Shown here one piece after another: positions 53,935 to 64,000 of a stretch of 64,000 nt of DNA. Within the stretch, counting starts at the first letter, position 1. Each line of letters begins with the position of its first letter. The notes under the pieces were generated by a model. It did no database searches. It was given only the letters and a program-made list of their open reading frames with translations, and was not told the origin of the DNA. This DNA is from Chloroflexota bacterium. Lineage in GTDB: Bacteria; Chloroflexota; Chloroflexia; DAOUBH01. Location of the stretch: the NCBI GenBank assembly GCA_034432775.1, contig DAOUBH010000019.1, positions 9,719 through 73,718 on the forward strand. The letters run 5' to 3'. A program made the translations under genes and the position numbers.

Positions 53935-55023
53935 TCAAGGCAACGTGGCTCCAGACCAGCGCCACTTAGCAAGCACCGCGGCCACGAGGCTGGTCACCGG
54001 TACAGCCGTCACTATCCCCGCACTCCCTACCAAGGTCCTGACTACCTCGACAGCTAGCATCTCCTGGCTTACAAGTGTGTCCCAGCGGCTGCCCCCGATA
54101 GTGAACAGCAGAAGGAGCGGCATCGAGGCCCCAGTGTAGGCCAGTACCAACGTGTTCACCGTGGATGCAATATGATCCCTCCCAACGTTCATACCCCGCC
54201 GGAAGAGCTCGGCGACGCCAAGGGCTGGATTTGCACGCTGCAACTCGAAGACAATAGCGGCCTGGCTGACAGTGACGTCATCTATGACGCCCAACGCACC
54301 CAATATTATTCCTCCCAACAGCAGGCCCCTAATGTCGATGCTTCCGCCGGTGGCCAGTTGAAGGAAAGCGGCTTCCTCAGTACCTAGACCTGTCAGCCTG
54401 GTATAATCCACAGCCCACCCGGCCAAAGCCCCAGTAAAACCCAAGGCCATCAAAGTGCCCAACACGGCAGTTGTGGTTTTCATGCTGAAGCCATGCACTA
54501 GGTACAGCGTGATGAACACGACCAAGCCGCAGGCCACCAAGCTCACAGCAATAGGCGAGTAACCCTGCAAAATGCCAGGTACCAAGACACCTATCACCAC
54601 GGCGAAGGTCACAACCAGCCCCACCAATGACCTGACCCCGTGGAAGCCGCCAGCAGCAACGACCATGATTGCAAAGACCAGAGTGAGCACAATGAGCCAC
54701 GGCGTACGGTAGACATCCACCACCGCGTAGCGGAAGCTTCCGGATACATGCCTGACCTTCGCTACAACAACCTTGTCGCCCGTCCGTAGATCGAGGCCCT
54801 GAGCTTGAAGTGTACTGCCACTGGGATCTACGGCGATCACTTCAGATCCTTCGGGGAAAGCCTGTACACGGACCAGTAGCCGCGCGACACCCGACGCCTC
54901 GTCTCGCTCCACAGCTACAACATCTCCAACGATTGCCTCTTCCCCCTGGGCCACCAACGATCCGGAGCCCAGCACAACACTCATCAACGCCACTAAGATG
55001 GCAAGGAGCGCTCTTTGCCACAT
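53935..55023 (-). CDS. YibE/F family membrane protein
   Basis: GALGVIDDVTVSQA, GRDHIASTVNTLVLAYTG. Confidence 0.9.
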   Translation of the reverse strand: MWQRALLAILVALMSVVLGSGSLVAQGEEAIVGDVVAVERDEASGVARLLVRVQAFPEGSEVIAVDPSGSTLQAQGLDLRTGDKVVVAKVRHVSGSFRYAVVDVYRTPWLIVLTLVFAIMVVAAGGFHGVRSLVGLVVTFAVVIGVLVPGILQGYSPIAVSLVACGLVVFITLYLVHGFSMKTTTAVLGTLMALGFTGALAGWAVDYTRLTGLGTEEAAFLQLATGGSIDIRGLLLGGIILGALGVIDDVTVSQAAIVFELQRANPALGVAELFRRGMNVGRDHIASTVNTLVLAYTGASMPLLLLFTIGGSRWDTLVSQEMLAVEVVRTLVGSAGIVTAVPVTSLVAAVLAKWRWSGATLP

Positions 55024-55111
55024 GGTATCCCCCCAAGCTTTAAGACAATCCCATAATATCCGCAGGGAAGGAGCGATTTCACGAGTTTTTTCGATTCGCA
55101 TCATAAAAAGC

Positions 55112-55140
55112 TTGACATTGACTACCAAGCGCCATATCAT
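55112..55140 (+). promoter_or_regulatory. Sigma70 promoter for the sigma factor gene
   Basis: TTGACA (55112-55117), 17-nt spacer, TATCAT (55135-55140). Confidence 0.7.
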
Positions 55141-55155
55141 TGCAGGTGTAGGGCT

Positions 55156-56682
55156 ATGGACAGCGTCGGCGTCTCGAGGGGGGATCCCATGGCTGGAGAC
55201 GATGTTTTCAGTGAAGTCGATCTCTTAATGGACCGGGAAGGTAGTATCGCTGTCGAGGAAGGTTGGGAATACCCCATCGATCAAGCCACTGAGGCCGAAC
55301 AACTGGCCCAGGAACCAAGCAACGACGTAATCCAGATCTACCTGCGAACTATAAGCCGCGCCCGCCTTCTAACAGCGAGTGAGGAACGCCAACTCGGGAA
55401 GGTAGTGGAGGCAGGCCAGTGGCTCCAACGCTTCATGGAAGAGACAGGGTTACAGGACTCCCAGCGGGTTGGACTCCAGCTGTATGGACGCCTTCTTACC
55501 CTCAGGCCTCTCCTAGACAGTTTGGCTGCGGCCAGCAATGCCGCCGTTCCCGTTCTCCCCCAGATTGCGGCCAGCGACCCACCCTATCTGGATCCTGGAC
55601 CCGGCGACCAACTTCTCAGGCAACTTTCGAAACGTTTAGGTATGCCCACTAAGCGCCTGGATACCTCTTTTCGCGAAGCCTCCATAATCTGCTACGTGTT
55701 GCAGCCACTGTTGCTACAGCTTGACCAATGGATCCAGGAGGAAGGGTTCTCCTCCTTTGCACCTCGCGCAGCCTCTAGGGTCGATGAAGTCCTTCGCGCC
55801 AAAGACGAGGCTAAAGCACGCCTAGTCGAATCCAACCTAAGACTAGTGGTGAGTATTGCCCGAAGGTACATGCACAGAGGAGTGCCCGTACTGGACCTGA
55901 TTCAGGAAGGCAATCTGGGACTTATGCATGCCGCCGAAGTATACGACCATCGCAAGGGCTTCCGGTTTAGCACCTACGCCACCTGGTGGATCCGGCAGGC
56001 AATTCTCCGTGCAATATCGGACCAGGGAAGGGTAATTCGGCTGCCAGCCCACGTAGTGGAGACCTTGACCAAGTTCAACCGTACCGGCCAGGATCTGGTA
56101 CAGATGCTGGGACGCGATCCCCAGCTCGAGGAGATAGCCCTGGCCGTGGGGTTCATCGACCCTTCCACCGAGAAAGCTCTCCTCAGCATTGTGACCGAAG
56201 GAGCCGAGCTCCCACCCGGTGCCGACCCAAAGGCAACCATCCTGCTGTCAGGCATACTAAGACACACCGACGACCTGCCACCCAGAATTCGACGACGTGT
56301 GGCGCATGCGGCTAACCGGGCCAAGAACCTTATCCTCGCCTCCCAATACCCCACGTCCCTGGAGGCACCTCTTCCCGGAGAAGACGACGCCGCGGTTTCA
56401 GATCTCATCGCCGATGTCAGCCAGCCTTTACCTCTCGACCAGATATCCAACGACTTCCTCAGATCCGAACTGGAAGAGGCGCTCCAGCAACTCCCTCCAC
56501 GAGAACGACAGATCATAGCTCTGCGGTTCGGCTTCTACGATGGCGAGGGCAAAACCCTTGAGGAGGTAGCCAGGCTCGTTGGCCTCACCCGCGAGAGGGT
56601 CCGCCAGATTGTAGCGTCGGCTCTCAACGCCCTCAGAAGCAATCAAAGGGTGCGCCAGCTTCAGGAATTTCTGGAGTCCTGA
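55156..56682 (+). CDS. RpoD-family (group 1/2-like) sigma70 factor with an insertion in region 3 and a divergent region 4.2
   Basis: [44 protein letters not shown]...TRERVRQI; start could be 55189. Confidence 0.9.
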   Translation: MDSVGVSRGDPMAGDDVFSEVDLLMDREGSIAVEEGWEYPIDQATEAEQLAQEPSNDVIQIYLRTISRARLLTASEERQLGKVVEAGQWLQRFMEETGLQDSQRVGLQLYGRLLTLRPLLDSLAAASNAAVPVLPQIAASDPPYLDPGPGDQLLRQLSKRLGMPTKRLDTSFREASIICYVLQPLLLQLDQWIQEEGFSSFAPRAASRVDEVLRAKDEAKARLVESNLRLVVSIARRYMHRGVPVLDLIQEGNLGLMHAAEVYDHRKGFRFSTYATWWIRQAILRAISDQGRVIRLPAHVVETLTKFNRTGQDLVQMLGRDPQLEEIALAVGFIDPSTEKALLSIVTEGAELPPGADPKATILLSGILRHTDDLPPRIRRRVAHAANRAKNLILASQYPTSLEAPLPGEDDAAVSDLIADVSQPLPLDQISNDFLRSELEEALQQLPPRERQIIALRFGFYDGEGKTLEEVARLVGLTRERVRQIVASALNALRSNQRVRQLQEFLES

Positions 56683-56700
56683 GAGACAACACACTGCCTG

Positions 56701-56709
56701 TGGTATAAT
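56701..56709 (+). promoter_or_regulatory. Extended -10 promoter upstream of rplS
   Basis: TGgTATAAT at 56701-56709. Confidence 0.6.
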
Positions 56710-56752
56710 CGATCCCTGGTTGCTAACCCTTCCCAGAATTGGAGTTTTTGCC

Positions 56753-57121
56753 GTGTCCGATGAGTTGGTCAGATCAATCGAGACCCCTTTTTTGCGCCAG
56801 GATCTACCGGATTTCGGTCCAGGCGACACGGTGAGGGTCTACTACAAAGTGGTGGAAGCCGGCAAGGAAAGGATCCAGCCCTTCGAAGGCGTGGTGATAG
56901 CCCGCAAACACGGTGGCACGCGTGAAACCTTCACCGTGTACAGGATCGCCTCCCACGGCGTGCCGGTGGAACGCACCTTCCCTCTGCATTCACCTCGCAT
57001 CGAGCGCATAGAGGTTGTGCGAAGGGGCTACGTCCGCAGGGCCAAACTATACTATCTGAGGGGCCGTACCGGTAAGGCTGCCAGGATCAAGGAGAAACGG
57101 ACATCTCCAGTCCAAGGATGA
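56753..57121 (+). CDS. rplS: 50S ribosomal protein L19
   Basis: [39 protein letters not shown]; GTG start. Confidence 0.97.
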   Translation: MSDELVRSIETPFLRQDLPDFGPGDTVRVYYKVVEAGKERIQPFEGVVIARKHGGTRETFTVYRIASHGVPVERTFPLHSPRIERIEVVRRGYVRRAKLYYLRGRTGKAARIKEKRTSPVQG

Positions 57122-57127
57122 TGGCCC

Positions 57128-57772
57128 ATGGCCATCATCGCTCTTTCAGAATTTGAGCTGCAGCTCCTGAGCCGGCACAGACTTATAGCAGGTGTCGACG
57201 AAGTAGGACGAGGTGCCCTGGCTGGTCCCGTGGTGGCCGCGGCCATCATCTTGCCTCCACATCTGCTAGGTAACTGCACGCTGCCCATACGCGACTCAAA
57301 AAAACTCACCCCGTCGAAAAGGGCGGAACTTTTCTACATTCTCTTGGATGTCGCAGTAGCGTGCGGATGTGCGGCAGTGCCACCCCAAGTCATCGATCTA
57401 GTGGGTATATCCACGGCCACAAAGCAGGCCATGCAGCGGGCTGTGCTGGCTTTGCACCCACAGCCTGACTACGTGCTGGCGGACGGTTTCCCGCTCCCAG
57501 AGCTGCAAATTCCGAATACAGGCGTGGTCCACGGCGACGATCTATGCATCTCTATTGCCGCAGCTTCTATCGTCGCCAAAGTGATAAGGGACGACATCAT
57601 GGACCACTACGGCCATCGCTACCCTCACTACGGCTTCGGACATCACAAGGGATATGGCACCAAATCACATGTAGAGGCTCTCACGAGATGGGGACCTTCA
57701 CCTATCCACCGCAGGAGCTTCGCTCCCGTCTCGGCCTGCAGCTATGAGCTCAACGCGCAAGCTGTTAGGTAA
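57128..57772 (+). CDS. rnhB: Ribonuclease HII
   Basis: GVDEVGRGALAGPV, DSKKL, SIAAASIVAKVIRD, HKGYGT, HRRSF. Confidence 0.96.
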   Translation: MAIIALSEFELQLLSRHRLIAGVDEVGRGALAGPVVAAAIILPPHLLGNCTLPIRDSKKLTPSKRAELFYILLDVAVACGCAAVPPQVIDLVGISTATKQAMQRAVLALHPQPDYVLADGFPLPELQIPNTGVVHGDDLCISIAAASIVAKVIRDDIMDHYGHRYPHYGFGHHKGYGTKSHVEALTRWGPSPIHRRSFAPVSACSYELNAQAVR

Positions 57773-58112
57773 CCGGGGCGAAGAGATCGCCGCCGAATAT
57801 CTGCAAGAACGGGGGTACACCCTGGTCGACAGGAGGTGGAGATGCCGTTATGGAGAGATAGACCTGATCGCACGCAAGGGCGATACCTTGGTCTTCGTGG
57901 AGGTACGGTCGAGGCGTGGCTCGGTAGACGATGCAGCCCAGTCGGTCGGCCCCCTCAAGCAGAACAGGCTTCAGCTGCTGGCTACAGAGTACCTCGCTGG
58001 CATGGAAGCTCCGCAGAACGCCAGGATCGATGTAGTCTGCGTGGCATGGAAAACCGGGGCACCCCCAGAGGTGGAGCACATCGAGGGTGCTGTCGAGGTT
58101 GATCCCCAGTGA
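57744..58112 (+). CDS. YraN/UPF0102 family protein
   Basis: GNRGE, GEIDLIA, VFVEVR, RIDV. Confidence 0.9.
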   Translation: MSSTRKLLGNRGEEIAAEYLQERGYTLVDRRWRCRYGEIDLIARKGDTLVFVEVRSRRGSVDDAAQSVGPLKQNRLQLLATEYLAGMEAPQNARIDVVCVAWKTGAPPEVEHIEGAVEVDPQ

Positions 58113-58193
58113 CAGATCCCTTTGGGCTCTGATGTATACTTTAGAGTGCTCTGGCCCCCAGTGTGCCTTTACATCATCGCAGGAGGTGATCCC

Positions 58194-58553
58194 ATGATGT
58201 ACAGAGGCCAGGAGGGAATGTATGCCTGGCTGCTCCATCGCATAAGCGGCATAGCTATTCTGGTCTTCCTCATGGCCCACATCATCGACACGTCTTTAGT
58301 AGCTTTTGGCCCCGATGTGTACAACGCCGTGATGTCCATATACCACAATCCTGTGGCTCGCGTGGGCGAGGCCCTTTTGGTGGCCGGCGTCATCTATCAT
58401 GCCCTCAACGGCCTCAGGGTGATACTCATCGACTTCTGGGGCGAAGCTGTCAGAATCCAGCGGCAACTGTGGTGGGCCGCTTTTGTTCTGTCTATCGCCC
58501 TTTTCCTTCCGGCCGCATATATCATGCTAAAACCCGTTTTCTTCGGGGCGTAG
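58194..58553 (+). CDS. sdhC: Succinate dehydrogenase cytochrome b subunit
   Basis: WLLHRISG, HIIDT, YHALNGLR; AGGAGG SD before the ATG. Confidence 0.9.
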   Translation: MMYRGQEGMYAWLLHRISGIAILVFLMAHIIDTSLVAFGPDVYNAVMSIYHNPVARVGEALLVAGVIYHALNGLRVILIDFWGEAVRIQRQLWWAAFVLSIALFLPAAYIMLKPVFFGA

Positions 58554-58564
58554 GAGGGTAGACC

Positions 58565-58957
58565 ATGGCCATCACTGCTGTATCCAGACCGCGACCGGTC
58601 GTCGGCGGCTTCGAGCTTTACTCCTGGGTATTCATGCGAGTTTCAGGGCTTCTCCTAGTGTTCCTGGCCCTGGGCCACTTAGCCATAATGCACATCATCA
58701 ACAGCGTGGAAGCCATCAACTACGCCTTCGTGGCTACACGCTGGGGAAGCCTCTTGTGGCGTTCCTACGACTGGCTTCTCCTGATCCTGGCTTTGCTGCA
58801 CGGCTTCAACGGCCTTAGGATAGTAGTAGAAGACTATATCCACAGCAACGGTTGGAGGGTGCTATCGCTGACCATAGTTTACCTGCTAACCTTCCTGTTT
58901 CTGGTTCTTGGGTCTCTGGTAATCTTCACCTTCCAGCCTGCAGGCGCGAGGGGGTGA
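58565..58957 (+). CDS. sdhD: Succinate dehydrogenase membrane anchor
   Basis: [26 protein letters not shown]. Confidence 0.88.
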   Translation: MAITAVSRPRPVVGGFELYSWVFMRVSGLLLVFLALGHLAIMHIINSVEAINYAFVATRWGSLLWRSYDWLLLILALLHGFNGLRIVVEDYIHSNGWRVLSLTIVYLLTFLFLVLGSLVIFTFQPAGARG

Positions 58958-58965
58958 GCACAAAA

Positions 58966-60690
<1,725 letters not shown>

Positions 60691-60708
60691 ACGAGGTCAG
60701 GGAGAAAC

Positions 60709-61410
60709 ATGAAAGTCACCCTAAAGATACAACGATTCAATCCAGAGCTCGACAAACGGCCCCATTGGCAGGAGTTCGAAGCTGAGGTCGAGCCCACCGA
60801 TAGGCTTCTCGACGCCCTTAACTACGTCAAATGGTACTTGGACGGAAGCCTGGCCTTCCGAAGGTCCTGTGCCCACGGCATCTGTGGCTCCGATGCTATG
60901 ACTGTCAACGGCATCAACAGGCTGGCGTGCAAGGTGCTCATCCGTGACCTTAAGCAGCCCATCGTCATCCAGCCTTTGGTCGGCATGCCTGTCATCAAGG
61001 ACCTCATCGTAGACATGGAGCCTTTCTTTGCTGCTTACCGAACCGTTAAGCCTTACCTCATTACCTACGATCAACCACCTGCCACAGAGCGCCTGCAGAG
61101 CCCGGAGGCTCGTGAACGCTACGACGATACTACAAAATGCATACTGTGCGCTTGCTGCACATCCTCCTGCCCCGCCTATTGGGCCAACAACGAGTTCTTC
61201 GGACCCGCAGCTATAGTCCAGGCTCACCGCTTTATCTTCGATTCGAGGGACCAGGGTGCCCAGGAGAGGTTGGAGATCCTTAACAGGACCATGGGGGTAT
61301 GGCGTTGTCGCACCATCTTCAACTGCACACAGGCCTGCCCCAGAGGCATAGAAGTTACCAAGGCTATCGAGGAGGTAAAGAGGGCAATACTGTACAGCAA
61401 GACCCAGTAG
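60709..61410 (+). CDS. sdhB: Succinate dehydrogenase iron-sulfur subunit
   Basis: SCAHGICGSD, CILCACCTSSCP, CRTIFNCTQACP. Confidence 0.96.
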   Translation: MKVTLKIQRFNPELDKRPHWQEFEAEVEPTDRLLDALNYVKWYLDGSLAFRRSCAHGICGSDAMTVNGINRLACKVLIRDLKQPIVIQPLVGMPVIKDLIVDMEPFFAAYRTVKPYLITYDQPPATERLQSPEARERYDDTTKCILCACCTSSCPAYWANNEFFGPAAIVQAHRFIFDSRDQGAQERLEILNRTMGVWRCRTIFNCTQACPRGIEVTKAIEEVKRAILYSKTQ

Positions 61411-61428
61411 GCGCCCAGTTCCTTGCTC

Positions 61429-62406
61429 TCACCTCATCAGGGCCGGCTGACGGACATCGAAACGCCACAAGCCGGCCTCTCTGGCATATTGGAGCGCCCG
61501 CAAGTACTCCCTCTGCGTTATGCCCCGTCTGAGCTCGGGGTATCGATCCGTAAGCACAACGTTGCCCGCCGGATAGTACTGGGCCATCACGTTGACGTAT
61601 GTGTCCTTGGATACCTCTTCGGCGATCCAGGTGAATATCTTGCGGGAATCCTCCACAAAGCCTGGCATGACCAAATGTCTTATCAACAATCCGCGCCGTG
61701 CCAGACCCGTATCAGGGTCTATCTCAAGGTCGCCCACCTGCCGATGCATCTCCTTGATGCTGCTGCGAGCCACTTCGGGGTAGTCCTTGGCTCCCACGTA
61801 TCTGTGAGCCAAGGCCGGATCCCAAAACTTGAAGTCCGGCATGTATATGTCCACCACACCGTCCATGAGGGCCAGGCTCTCCGGGCCGTCGTAAGCACTG
61901 GTGTTGTACACGATAGGCAGACGCAGCCCTTTAGGGATCGCTAGCTCAAGGGCTTCCAGTATCTGCGGCACCACATGTTCGGGCGTCACCAGGTTCAGAT
62001 TGTGACACCCCATCTCCTGGACCTTTATGAAGATGTTTGCCAATTCCTGGGGACTGACCTGTCGCCCCTGCCGTAGCTGGCTGATATCCCAGTTCTGACA
62101 GAAGACGCATCTCAAGTTGCACGAAGTGAAGAACACCGTGCCAGAGCCCCTCCAGCCGCGCAAGCAGTCCTCTTCTCCAAAGTGTGGGAAGTAGCTGCTT
62201 ACCGCAGCATACCTGCCCAGACGGCAGTAGCCAACTTCATCTTCCGAGCGCGCCACTCGGCAGAAGCGGGGACACACTCTACACACGGGACGCTGTCCTT
62301 CCAGGTGCTCGCCCAGCAGTTCGAGCGCCCTCTCCACCTTCTCACGGAATAGGCCCCTTTCGTAGGTCTCCAGATACACAGGCCAACTGGCACCCATGGC
62401 TGCCAC
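61429..62406 (-). CDS. Radical SAM protein (PflX-like)
   Basis: CRVCPRFC, HFGEE, CNLRCVFCQN (CxxxCxxC), NLNLVTPEH, DIYMPDFK, RHLVMPG. Confidence 0.9.
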   Translation of the reverse strand: MAAMGASWPVYLETYERGLFREKVERALELLGEHLEGQRPVCRVCPRFCRVARSEDEVGYCRLGRYAAVSSYFPHFGEEDCLRGWRGSGTVFFTSCNLRCVFCQNWDISQLRQGRQVSPQELANIFIKVQEMGCHNLNLVTPEHVVPQILEALELAIPKGLRLPIVYNTSAYDGPESLALMDGVVDIYMPDFKFWDPALAHRYVGAKDYPEVARSSIKEMHRQVGDLEIDPDTGLARRGLLIRHLVMPGFVEDSRKIFTWIAEEVSKDTYVNVMAQYYPAGNVVLTDRYPELRRGITQREYLRALQYAREAGLWRFDVRQPALMR

Positions 62407-62498
62407 ACCTCCTAAGCCTATGATACCCAGGCCAGCAAGGCTATGGGCTAAAATTTATAGTGTCGTGGCCGAAAAAGTAACCATCCAGGAGGCGCCTG

Positions 62499-64000
62499 TT
62501 GAAGAACCTTACCGACATCCTCAGTGGACTCGTGCATGCCCGAAGAGAGAACCTGCCCGCTGCGGTCCACCCTAAGGAGATCACCCAGTGCCCCGAGTGT
62601 GGCGAAGACCTCCAGGCCTCAGAACTGTATGCAACCCATAGGGTCTGCCCCTCCTGTCGCCACCACTTCAGCTTGCCAGCCATGGAGCGCATCAGCTCCC
62701 TGGTGGACGACGGCTCTTTCAAGGAGGTCAATAAGTGGCTTGCCTCCATAGATCCCCTCTCCTTCAGCGACAGAGTCCCCTACCGGCAACGACTCCAGGA
62801 AGCCCAGCGGCGAACGGGTCTCATCGACGCCGCAGTGACGGGAACATGCCGCATAGGGGGCATTCCCGCCGTCATAGCCGTGCTGGACTTTGAATTCATG
62901 GGCGGCAGCATGGGATCAGTGGTTGGGGAGAAGATCGCCCTGGCCTTCGAACTGGCCCTAAAAAGCCGTATGCCTATGGTCACTGTGTCCTCCAGCGGCG
63001 GAGCCCGCATGCAGGAGGGGATACTCTCCCTGATGCAGATGGCCAAGACCTCCGCCGCAGCCAGGCGGCTCCGCCAGGCCCGGGTTCCCTTTATCTCCAT
63101 TTTGGCCAACCCAACCACCGGGGGCCTTTTCGCAAGCTTCGCCTCCCTCGGCGACGTGATAATCGCCGAACCCAAGGCCCTCATAGGCTTTGCAGGACCC
63201 CGTGTAGTGGAGCAGACCATGGGCACCCCACTGCCCAAGGGGTCCCACTCTTCAGAGTTTCTCCTGCAGCATGGCCAGATCGATATGGTAGTCGACCGAA
63301 CCAAACTTCGGGAGACCCTGATGGTCTTGTTGGACCTCCTCACCACCAAGTACAGGCTCACCAGCACTGCCAGCCCCGACCGATACGAGGTAAGGAACAA
63401 TCCCTCTATAAGCGCTTGGCACAGGGTGCAGTTAGCGAGGCACCCCGACAGACCTACCACCAAGGACTACATCCGCCTCATGACCTCCACCTTCGTCGAG
63501 CTCCACGGAGACCGCCTCTACGGCGATGATCCGGCCATCGTAGCGGGCATCGGAGAGCTCGCAGGTCAGCCTGTGGCCATCGTCGGCCACGAGCGCGGCC
63601 ACGGCGACGAAACCGCCCTCAGGAGGAACGGCCGTGCCCTTCCGGAGGGTTACCGTAAGGCCCAACGGGTAATGCAGTTGGCTGCCAATTTCGGACTTCC
63701 CATCATAACCCTCATCGATACCCCGGGTGCCTATCCTGGGATAGAGGGCGAGGAAAGAGGTGTCGCTGGCGCCATTGCGGAATCCCTGGCGCTGATGTCG
63801 GAACTCGCCACACCCATAATCTCCGTAGTCATCGGCGAAGGCGGCAGCGGCGGTGCCCTCGCCTTGGCCGTGGCCGACCGCATTTTGATGCAGGAAAACG
63901 CCATCTATGCCGTCATATCGCCGGAGGGGGCTGCGGCGATCCTCTACAGGGACGCCGGAAGGGCCGAGGAGCTCGCTCCGGCCATGAAACTCACCGCCCA
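62499..64000 (+). CDS. accDA: Acetyl-CoA carboxylase carboxyltransferase, fused beta-alpha (AccD-AccA); runs off window edge
   Basis: Manual translation from TTG 62499 (GGAGG SD): zinc ribbon CPEC...CPSC, FMGGSMG, GGARMQEG, then in frame ARHPDRP, ELHGDR, EGYRKA, DTPGAYPG, GEGGSGGAL, ISPEG. Confidence 0.93.
   Translation, partial: MKNLTDILSGLVHARRENLPAAVHPKEITQCPECGEDLQASELYATHRVCPSCRHHFSLPAMERISSLVDDGSFKEVNKWLASIDPLSFSDRVPYRQRLQEAQRRTGLIDAAVTGTCRIGGIPAVIAVLDFEFMGGSMGSVVGEKIALAFELALKSRMPMVTVSSSGGARMQEGILSLMQMAKTSAAARRLRQARVPFISILANPTTGGLFASFASLGDVIIAEPKALIGFAGPRVVEQTMGTPLPKGSHSSEFLLQHGQIDMVVDRTKLRETLMVLLDLLTTKYRLTSTASPDRYEVRNNPSISAWHRVQLARHPDRPTTKDYIRLMTSTFVELHGDRLYGDDPAIVAGIGELAGQPVAIVGHERGHGDETALRRNGRALPEGYRKAQRVMQLAANFGLPIITLIDTPGAYPGIEGEERGVAGAIAESLALMSELATPIISVVIGEGGSGGALALAVADRILMQENAIYAVISPEGAAAILYRDAGRAEELAPAMKLTA

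Overview
A gene-dense bacterial chromosomal window (GC roughly high-50s %, estimated by eye), most likely from a Chloroflexota member. That placement is an inference from a secreted protein carrying the YFxETGH...FW..NGG...FG.PISEEF repeat and from fused accDA. Positions 1-25.6 kb are an almost uninterrupted minus-strand metabolic run: FBP aldolase/phosphatase, thiolase, leuB, crotonase, two 3-hydroxyacyl-CoA dehydrogenases, acyl-CoA dehydrogenase, ADP-forming acyl-CoA synthetase, V4R protein, hydantoinase/oxoprolinase A+B, serA, class V aminotransferase, sucCD, hisC, trpB2, and a TetR-headed operon with a divergent B12 acyl-CoA mutase and a GctAB-like pair lacking the catalytic Glu. The rest holds selenocysteine machinery (selD with in-frame UGA plus a SECIS-like hairpin; tRNA-Sec), a Mo-hydroxylase, a cytochrome bd-like/cytochrome c fusion, pyk, rtcB, DUF362, a candidate 6S RNA, an ArsA/GET3-like ATPase, DsrE/TusA, an OYE-FN3 fusion, lpdA, fdhD, a CAP protein, an archaeal-type ThrRS editing domain, an atypical sigma70, rplS-rnhB-yraN, sdhCDAB, a radical SAM protein and accDA (truncated by the window edge). 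No transposase, integrase, prophage or CRISPR array is visible. The best novelty candidate is the TetR/hbd/pseudo-CoA-transferase/variant-mutase operon (20.3-25.6 kb). Other leads are a 31-aa basic ORF with its own promoter lying antisense within an operon, and several unusual domain fusions.
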